Shown here in pieces: positions 1 through 5,544 of a stretch of 9,480 nt of DNA. A model generated the notes under the pieces. That model saw only the letters and a list, made by a program, of their open reading frames with translations. It was not told the origin of the DNA and did no database searches. How positions within the stretch are numbered: position 1 is the first letter of the stretch; each line of letters starts with the position of its first letter. The stretch comes from a virus (Duplodnaviria; Heunggongvirae; Uroviricota; Caudoviricetes): IMG/VR virus record IMGVR_UViG_2671180778_000012, positions 1 through 9,480 of that record. One strand, 5' to 3'. The translations under genes were made by a program, and so were the position numbers.

Positions 1-717
1 ATGGATGATAACAATATATCGGTCAAACAATATATTATTTATTCGGTTATGAATGATTTAATTACTGGTGGGCGAGAATCTTCAGTTTTAAACGTTCCTG
101 TATCTTTATCCCCGAAAAACTCCACCATAGAGGCTATAAAACGCTTGATTGATGATATAAGAGATTATTTTTATAAATCAAAATATCCAACAAGAGAATT
201 TCTTTTGTGTTATGGTTTAGAATCAAGTGAAATCGAGCAATATCCTATTGAATTAGCTGCAAAAATGGATTCATGTGGTTTTTTAATATTTGATAGTAAA
301 CTATCTTGTCAGGTTGTCGATACTTTAAATTCAGCAGTTGCATTGTACCATGTCGGAATGCGTAATCACGCAGACAAACTTACTAGAGTTGGTGTTGAGT
401 TATTGCTTAATGATTTTTTTGAAGAAATTATATCGAACCATGAAAAAGATAAAAAAATAAAGGATGCTTTATCCTTATCACAGAAAGAAAAAGCGCGCAA
501 ACCAAGAAATCATTATTACAATGAAGTTATGCACGTAATTAAACTAACATGGGAAAAGTACCCTAAAGCCAGTAAAACAGGTTTATTGAACGAGCTTTCT
601 GTTTACTACCATGGGAAAGTAAGTAAAAACACGCTAGATAGATGGATTAAAGAATCAGGGGCACAACCACCAAAGCCTGATAAATACTCTTCGTTTGAGC
701 TTGTTCACCCCCAATAG
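1..717 (+). CDS. Hypothetical AT-rich protein (238 aa) with C-terminal helix-turn-helix-like segment; possible accessory/regulatory cargo
   Basis: Complete ATG..TAG ORF. Strongly AT-rich (first 60 nt about 23% GC) against about 50% GC for the rest of the window. C-terminal segment GLLNELSVYYHGKVSKNTLDRWIK resembles an HTH. No family recognised by eye. Confidence 0.6.
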   Translation: MDDNNISVKQYIIYSVMNDLITGGRESSVLNVPVSLSPKNSTIEAIKRLIDDIRDYFYKSKYPTREFLLCYGLESSEIEQYPIELAAKMDSCGFLIFDSKLSCQVVDTLNSAVALYHVGMRNHADKLTRVGVELLLNDFFEEIISNHEKDKKIKDALSLSQKEKARKPRNHYYNEVMHVIKLTWEKYPKASKTGLLNELSVYYHGKVSKNTLDRWIKESGAQPPKPDKYSSFELVHPQ

Positions 718-798
718 CTGGCTACGGTATTTTAATAGCTGGCTATTGAGGCTAAATAACTGGTAACAGCCCCACAGCAACTGGCTATTGGGCTAAAA
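714..798. repeat. Direct repeat array: CTGGCTA core at 718, 739, 781; 18-bp repeat CTGGCTATTG(A)GGCTAAA(A) at 739-756 and 781-798
   Basis: Read directly. Core copies are offset by 21 and 42 bp, i.e. whole numbers of helical turns. Array lies between the ORF1 stop and the AlpA-like gene. Confidence 0.75.
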
Positions 799-822
799 AC
801 AAAATACTCATTGATTGATATT

Positions 823-856
823 TATCACCGTTGTTACTTAGACGTACACGGTGATA
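823..856. promoter_or_regulatory. Inverted repeat TATCACCG-N18-CGGTGATA overlapping the RBS/start region of the AlpA-like gene; candidate operator
   Basis: Arms at 823-830 and 849-856 are exact reverse complements. Possible -35 TTGATA at 815-820 just upstream. No convincing -10, so promoter assignment is tentative. Confidence 0.4.
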
Positions 857-859
857 GAT

Positions 860-1069
860 ATGAATTTAAAGAAATCTGATTTATCAACTGACCGCCTTAC
901 ACGTGCTGAAGCTGCTGCCTACCTTGGCGTTAACAATCAAACACTGGCGAACTGGGCGTGTACTGGCAAGGTAAAAATCCCTTTCCATAAACTTGGTCGC
1001 AAAGTGCTGTATATGCGCACTGATCTCGATGCTTATCTTGCATCCACTCGCAGAACGCAGACGGTGTAA
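860..1069 (+). CDS. Excisionase-family HTH DNA-binding protein (AlpA/Xis/Vis-like), 69 aa
   Basis: Sequence LTRAEAAAYLGVNNQTLANWACTGKVKIPFHKLGRKVLYMRTDLDAYL fits the excisionase-family (AlpA/Xis-type) DNA-binding domain pattern. ATG at 860 is preferred over the in-frame GTG at 851. GGTGA lies 5 nt upstream of the ATG. Confidence 0.75.
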   Translation: MNLKKSDLSTDRLTRAEAAAYLGVNNQTLANWACTGKVKIPFHKLGRKVLYMRTDLDAYLASTRRTQTV

Positions 1070-1182
1070 GGGGGAGTGATGGCACATAAAACAAAGGCGA
1101 CCGGGGGCGGTCGCCAATGGATACACACTAAACTTGAACGCATCACCAACAATGCCACATTTGCGGCTGGTGGGCAATGTGA

Positions 1183-1371
1183 TCAGTCAGATTTGGTTCG
1201 TTCCAAGGTTTGCAACGAGAGCTTTTTCCTGTGCTCTTTAAGGAATTTCTCAAGAGCAAAAGCACATGGCGCGAATCTTTCTGATTCATGCTCTATCTTT
1301 CTGCGCCGTCTTTTCCGTGCCGGTGATAATGTTTTGGTCAATTCTTTATCGGTCATTGTGTTGTCCTGCAT
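1183..1371 (-). CDS. Small basic hypothetical protein (62 aa), uncertain
   Basis: ORF downstream of and co-oriented with the 1414..1719 gene. Charged, protein-like composition but no clear Shine-Dalgarno. Confidence 0.25.
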   Translation of the reverse strand: MQDNTMTDKELTKTLSPARKRRRRKIEHESERFAPCAFALEKFLKEHRKKLSLQTLERTKSD

Positions 1372-1413
1372 AGCAATGCGCCGTAATACCTTACACCACG
1401 GCGCTGATGGTGA

Positions 1414-1719
1414 TTACTCTGGTTCTTTGGTCTTGCGACGCTGGAGTTCTTCGCGTGCAACGGTGACAAGCTGCCCGATTTCTTCCGCTGCTTTGATGCC
1501 GATTTGTTCGACCTTAGCCAGGGCATCCAGTGACGACACAAGGGGATTTTCTCCGCTGCCTTCTGCTTGGCGGCGGGCTATTTCTCCGCGCATGGCGGTT
1601 ACGATAAATCCGGCATTGCTTTCGCCGTCCAGCTTAACGGATTCCATCCCTTGCATAACATCTAGTGGGACTCTGACAGTTGTCAGTTGTGATTTTGCGT
1701 TTTTGTTAGCCGTTGCCAT
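1414..1719 (-). CDS. Hypothetical 101-aa protein, possibly a ribbon-helix-helix-type DNA-binding regulator
   Basis: AGGAG Shine-Dalgarno 8 nt upstream of the ATG (plus-strand CTCCT at 1728-1732). About 40% of codons start with G, a strong coding signature. No Cys, E/A/K-rich. N-terminal SQLTTVRVPLDVMQGM resembles an RHH beta-strand plus helix; this fold assignment is inference. Confidence 0.65.
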   Translation of the reverse strand: MATANKNAKSQLTTVRVPLDVMQGMESVKLDGESNAGFIVTAMRGEIARRQAEGSGENPLVSSLDALAKVEQIGIKAAEEIGQLVTVAREELQRRKTKEPE

Positions 1720-1737
1720 TTCTGAAACTCCTAATCA

Positions 1738-1818
1738 TCGGTGTGTTTCAGTATACACAAAAAAAGAAATACAAAAAGCCTTGACGTGTGTTTCATGCGC
1801 TCATAACATGAAACACAC
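1738..1818. promoter_or_regulatory. Divergent promoter/operator region: 12-bp perfect inverted repeat GTGTGTTTCATG-N9-CATGAAACACAC (1786-1818), extra half-site GTGTGTTTCA (1741-1750), candidate sigma70 promoter (-35 TTGACG 1781-1786, -10 TAACAT 1804-1809)
   Basis: Palindrome and half-site copies read directly. Promoter hexamers have 17-bp spacing and overlap the palindrome. Region lies between the minus-strand gene start (1719) and the + strand small-ORF operon. Confidence 0.55.
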
Positions 1819-1916
1819 CGAAAGGATTGTTGAAATACAAAGAGCAACGCCCCGCAGTGCCGGAAACACATACGGGGCGTCTAACCACCAACGATAACGA
1901 GAGTATCGAGGCAGCT

Positions 1917-2120
1917 ATGAGAAATCATACCATACACCCGCAAGGGCGGGACTCGTACAACCTGAATAAATACATCTGGCGTTTTATCGCCCTGAGCACG
2001 GCACAACCGCGCGTGATTACCATTGAGGCCAGCAGCGAACAGGAAGCACGCCAGCAATCCCCGGCTGGCTGCGTGATGGTATTCGCCGCCCGTATTCGTC
2101 AGGGGGGGGGCCATGCCTGA
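1917..2120 (+). CDS. Small hypothetical protein (67 aa); faint resemblance to P4-type Icd-like proteins is a guess
   Basis: ATG at 1917 preceded by GAGG 5 nt upstream. The annotated upstream start at 1827 is TTG and unlikely. Ends ...FAARIRQGGGHA; the Gly codons are the G9 tract. Confidence 0.4.
   Translation: MRNHTIHPQGRDSYNLNKYIWRFIALSTAQPRVITIEASSEQEARQQSPAGCVMVFAARIRQGGGHA
2102..2110. repeat. G9 homopolymer tract at the junction of two small ORFs
   Basis: Nine consecutive G at 2102-2110, immediately before the ATG at 2113 and inside the last codons of the 1917..2120 ORF. Confidence 0.95.
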
Positions 2121-2433
2121 TATGTCAAATTACCAGTACCTGATTAATCCGCATTTTAACTGTGAGCATGATATTGCTAAAAAGGTTTATTCCGCTGCGG
2201 ATGGGGCTACTGACAATATATCAATGGCTGTTGCGTCAATTGGTAGCCTGATGTGGCATGCGTCAGAAAATGAGGACTATGACGAAAAGGCCATGCGCAT
2301 TGATATGGGTAATATTGGTTTGTTACTGGCAATGCTTGGACATTTTGATATTTCGTTACGGTGCACCATTGAAAATGCCACAGATGCATTAAATGCTATA
2401 AAGAAAGCGAATACTGATTCAAATCGGGGATAA
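2113..2433 (+). CDS. Hypothetical protein (106 aa)
   Basis: ATG at 2113 overlaps the upstream stop (ATGCCTGA). Alternative in-frame ATG at 2122. No family recognised. Confidence 0.5.
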   Translation: MPDMSNYQYLINPHFNCEHDIAKKVYSAADGATDNISMAVASIGSLMWHASENEDYDEKAMRIDMGNIGLLLAMLGHFDISLRCTIENATDALNAIKKANTDSNRG

Positions 2434-2439
2434 ATAATC

Positions 2440-2739
2440 ATGAGAACATATTTATCTGGCTTGACTGCCAGCGGTTATGCACACCCCCAAATTATCCCCG
2501 GCGCTATTTATCTGGATAAGAACGGTAACAGAGTAACGGTAAAAGAACTGATGTTTGACCGTGTGTATTTTATTCGTGATGGCTATTCATTTCATAGTTC
2601 GCTGAACGTGGAGATCTTTATTAGCAGATTCAGGCGGGAAATCCCGCTTTCCAGAAAAAACCATGTGTCACGTGTGAATGTGGATAAAAAACTACAGGAA
2701 CTGAAAAACATGATTGCCGCGTGGAGAGAGCAGAAATGA
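2440..2739 (+). CDS. Hypothetical protein (99 aa)
   Basis: ATG at 2440 with GGGGA 9 nt upstream. Stop TGA overlaps the primase ATG (ATGA at 2736-2739), suggesting translational coupling. Confidence 0.5.
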   Translation: MRTYLSGLTASGYAHPQIIPGAIYLDKNGNRVTVKELMFDRVYFIRDGYSFHSSLNVEIFISRFRREIPLSRKNHVSRVNVDKKLQELKNMIAAWREQK

Positions 2740-4553
2740 AAAAAGCGCCAAATTTAAAACACCAGCCGCGTGACAAAATGACGGAAGTCATCATTTTTGC
2801 GGGTAGTGATGCGTGGGCACATGCGAAGCAGTGGCAGGAACAGGACGGGCGACTGGCTGGCGATAACGTGCCACCTGTCTGGCTTGGAGAGCAACAACTT
2901 GCCGAACTGGACAACCTGCAAATCGTACCGGACGGACGCTATCGCGTGCGTCTCTATCAGGCGGGGTTATTGCGTCCGGGGCTTGTTAATACCATCGGGC
3001 AGAAACTGGCAGTGGCAGGTGTCAGGGATGCTGATTATTACCCTGAAGGAATGCACAGCCAGAAACGGGAGAACTGGCGCGAATATCTGGAACGTGAACG
3101 GGCAGAGCAGGCGGAAAAGAAAAAGGTAGTTGAACTGCCTGTAAAGAAAAAAGAGCGGGTAAAAGACGATAACGCGTCATCACTGGCGCTTAACCAGATG
3201 GGAGCAAGTCAACGCGGCGAAGTTCTCCTGGCACATTATGGCGGTGAACTGGCGATTCATGCTGACTCTGACACTGTTCACCATTACAACGGCGTTGTAT
3301 GGGAGCCAGTACAGGATAAAGAATTACAGCGAGCTATGGCACAGATTTTCATTGATGCGGAGATCAGCTATTCGCAGAACGCCATTAAATCGGCGGTCGA
3401 TACCATGAAGTTAAGTTTGCCTGTAATGGGGAATACAGCCCGTAACCTGATTGGATTCAGTAACGGGGTATTTGATACCAGAACAGGTAATTTTCGGGAG
3501 CATAACAAAAACGACTGGTTGTTAATTGCCAGTGAATTACCTTTCAGCCCACCAGCAGAGGGGGAAACGCTGGCAACACATGCGCCGAATTTCTGGAAGT
3601 GGTTACGCCGTTCGGTGGCTGAGAATGACCGCAAGGCGGATCGCGTACTGGCTGCATTATTCATGGTGCTGGCGAACCGGTACGACTGGCAGTTATTCAT
3701 TGAGGTAACAGGTCCAGGGGGAAGTGGTAAAAGCGTGATGGCGGAGATTTGCACCATGCTGGCGGGTAAGGCCAACACAGTATCGGCAAGCATGAAGGCG
3801 CTGGAAGATGCAAGGGAACGCGCGTTAGTGGTTGGCTTTTCGCTGATTATCATGCCGGATATGACCCGCTACGCTGGTGATGGGGCAGGGATTAAGGCTA
3901 TTACAGGCGGTGACAAGGTGGCAATTGACCCGAAACACAAAGCCCCCTACTCAACGCGTATTCCGGCAGTAGTGCTGGCGGTTAACAATAACGCCATGTC
4001 ATTCAGTGACCGCAGCGGGGGGATCTCACGTCGTCGGGTGATATTCAATTTTTCGGAAGTTGTACCGGAGAACGAACGTGATCCAATGCTGGCGGAAAAA
4101 ATAGAAGGTGAGCTGGCGGTAGTGATTCGCCATCTGCTTACACGGTTTGCTGACCAGGACGAAGCCAGACGCCTGTTATATGAGCAGCAGAAATCTGAAG
4201 AAGCACTGGCGATAAAGCGAGAGGGGGATTCGCTGGTGGACTTCTGCGGCTATCTCATGGCGTCGGTAATGTGTGATGGCCTGTTAGTGGGTAATGCTGA
4301 AATTGTGCCATTCAGCCCACGCAGGTATCTCTATCATGCCTATCTGGCTTATATGAGGGCACATGGGTTTGGTAAACCTGTAACACTGACGCGCTTCGGT
4401 AAAGATATGCCGGGGGCAATGGCGGAATATGGCAGGGAGTATATGAAACGGAAAACGAAGCACGGTTTGCGTTCAAACGTGACACTGACGGAGGAATCAG
4501 AAGACTGGATGCCATCATGTGTATCGGTCACTAATGACGATAGCAAAAATTAA
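2736..4553 (+). CDS. P4 alpha-type phage/plasmid primase-helicase (D5_N / primase C-terminal region plus SF3 P-loop NTPase)
   Basis: Walker A GPGGSGKS. Motifs NGVFDTRTG and RRRVIFNFSE are typical of the P4-family primase C-terminal / D5 helicase region. ATG at 2736 preferred over GTG at 2721 (GGAGAGAG 5 nt upstream). The N-terminal ~250 aa carry no motif I recognise. Confidence 0.85.
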   Translation: MKKAPNLKHQPRDKMTEVIIFAGSDAWAHAKQWQEQDGRLAGDNVPPVWLGEQQLAELDNLQIVPDGRYRVRLYQAGLLRPGLVNTIGQKLAVAGVRDADYYPEGMHSQKRENWREYLERERAEQAEKKKVVELPVKKKERVKDDNASSLALNQMGASQRGEVLLAHYGGELAIHADSDTVHHYNGVVWEPVQDKELQRAMAQIFIDAEISYSQNAIKSAVDTMKLSLPVMGNTARNLIGFSNGVFDTRTGNFREHNKNDWLLIASELPFSPPAEGETLATHAPNFWKWLRRSVAENDRKADRVLAALFMVLANRYDWQLFIEVTGPGGSGKSVMAEICTMLAGKANTVSASMKALEDARERALVVGFSLIIMPDMTRYAGDGAGIKAITGGDKVAIDPKHKAPYSTRIPAVVLAVNNNAMSFSDRSGGISRRRVIFNFSEVVPENERDPMLAEKIEGELAVVIRHLLTRFADQDEARRLLYEQQKSEEALAIKREGDSLVDFCGYLMASVMCDGLLVGNAEIVPFSPRRYLYHAYLAYMRAHGFGKPVTLTRFGKDMPGAMAEYGREYMKRKTKHGLRSNVTLTEESEDWMPSCVSVTNDDSKN

Positions 4554-4566
4554 ACTTATGGAATAA

Positions 4567-4795
4567 CTGTTCACCACTGTTCACCCTGTCATAAATATCT
4601 TTTATATCAGTATATTATAGGGTGAACAGTTATTTATGAACTGTTCACCAAACTATTCACTGTTCACCTTTTTGATTGTTTATTGAGCTTCAAGGGTGAA
4701 CAGTGGTGAACAGTTGGTGAATAGTTTTTGTGAAACTGTTCACCCCTTAACATTATGAATTAAAAGAGAAAATATCAAAAGGTGAACAGGTGAAG
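4567..4795. repeat. Iteron array, putative replication origin: 9-bp CTGTTCACC / GGTGAACAG in 9 perfect and 2 degenerate copies, flanking AT-rich segments
   Basis: Forward copies at 4567, 4577, 4641, 4660, 4736; reverse copies at 4621, 4695, 4705, 4781; degenerate copies at 4652 and 4716. Tandem pairs are 10 bp apart. AT-rich 4591-4620 is flanked by inverted copies. Array begins 14 bp after the primase stop. Confidence 0.65.
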
Positions 4796-4925
4796 GGTTA
4801 AAACGCAAAAATTTTAATTTACTGCTGTGAGATAAAGCCTATGACAGCGAAGCACACCAAAACAACAGGCGGGGAATGATGATCCGTACGGGGATAACAT
4901 ACCGTTTTAAGCAACGAGTAACAGA

Positions 4926-4948
4926 AGCCGGAGCAATCCGGCTTTTTT
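4926..4948 (+). terminator. Intrinsic terminator-like hairpin AGCCGGA-GCAA-TCCGGCT followed by a T run
   Basis: 7-bp perfect stem, GNRA-type GCAA loop, T run to 4948. Confidence 0.55.
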
Positions 4949-4950
4949 AT

Positions 4951-5022
4951 GGGTCCTCCCGGTGTAGTGACCTGCCACGGGGCGGGAACGGCGCGGAAAA
5001 AGGCTGGTTTTTGCATTTTCAT
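4951..5022 (+). repeat. Conserved 72-bp non-coding element, copy A (second copy at 7487-7558)
   Basis: Hand alignment to 7487-7558 gives 66 of 72 identical positions. Both copies start 2 nt after a terminator T run. Confidence 0.8.
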
Positions 5023-5209
5023 GGCGGCGGCAGCATGTGTGATAATTTATTGATAATTAAAAGTTATTTCTGTTTTCACCTGTACAATATTTTTTTCTCC
5101 CTGTCATTAGACCAGTTTGCAATTAATTGAAATATATAAATAAATCTGTTTTTCACCTGCCAGGTGGAGTTGCCTGTGTCAAAACGTGTTCAGATGGCGG
5201 GATATTTAT

Positions 5210-5232
5210 GCCGGATTTTCTCCGGCTTTTTT
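5210..5232 (+). terminator. Intrinsic terminator-like hairpin GCCGGA-TTTTC-TCCGGC followed by T6
   Basis: 6-bp stem and T6 read directly. Stem sequence matches the core of the 4926 hairpin. Confidence 0.5.
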
Positions 5233-5334
5233 GTGTCTGAATCTCATTAATCTGTTTTTATGATAGAAATATGTTTATCTACCACTTTTATCGATCAATA
5301 ATGTGCGCAGTTTAGTCAGTAAGAGGAAGTTACT

Positions 5335-5544
5335 GTGAGTTGTATTAATGACCTGAACACGGGCGATATCAGGGGTGGTTCCGTTCATCTGGATGCGCAG
5401 ACCGTTATGCGCCTTAAGCAGTACAGGATCGACCATATAAATCATCATCCTGACCAACCATTACCAGGTGTGGCGCAGATTGTCAGACATGCCGTAAACA
5501 CCTGGCTTAATCAGAATGGTTTTGCATCGGTGGGGGAACAATGA
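5335..5544 (+). CDS. Small hypothetical protein (69 aa), possibly ribbon-helix-helix-like, translationally coupled to the protease-capsid gene
   Basis: GTG start with AAGAGGAAG 5 nt upstream. Stop overlaps the next ATG (ATGA at 5541-5544). SVHLDAQTVMRLKQY resembles an RHH strand-helix; fold assignment is inference. Confidence 0.5.
   Translation: MSCINDLNTGDIRGGSVHLDAQTVMRLKQYRIDHINHHPDQPLPGVAQIVRHAVNTWLNQNGFASVGEQ

Noticed and set aside
1076-1897. 273-aa + strand ORF with a strong AAGGGGGAG Shine-Dalgarno and ATG at 1079, directly after the AlpA-like stop
   Set aside because: It is antisense to the well-supported minus-strand gene 1414..1719. Its second codon positions are C-rich, giving a Ser/Cys/Arg/Thr-rich low-complexity product typical of a shadow ORF. 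The strong RBS is noted but is not enough to call a gene.
1808-1897. Short ORF starting at the ATG inside the CATGAAACACAC operator arm
   Set aside because: The start codon lies within the palindrome and the candidate -10, so it would be upstream of or at the transcript start. No RBS.
2083-2091. Second lambda cosN-like 9-mer (reverse complement GGGCGGCGA) inside the 1917..2120 ORF
   Set aside because: Only 9 of 12 cosN positions match, it lies in coding sequence, and a 9-mer recurs by chance at a non-trivial rate in a GC-balanced 9.5-kb window.
3368-3853. 161-aa minus-strand ORF (and similar ones at 2630-2914, 4312-4546, 5764-6495, 6980-7186) inside the primase and capsid genes
   Set aside because: Fully embedded antisense in long, motif-supported + strand genes. 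No independent support.
5011-5046. TTGCAT at the end of each conserved 72-mer as a sigma70 -35 box
   Set aside because: The nearest -10-like hexamers (GATAAT at 5041, TATGAT at 7577) are 24-25 bp away, outside the 16-18 bp window. A canonical promoter is not supported, though an activator-dependent one cannot be excluded.
4876-5130. 84-aa + ORF and 67-aa minus ORF (4819-5022) in the post-origin intergenic region
   Set aside because: Both run through a terminator hairpin and the duplicated 72-bp element. The second copy of that element is not in an equivalent ORF, so conservation is at the DNA/RNA level, not protein.
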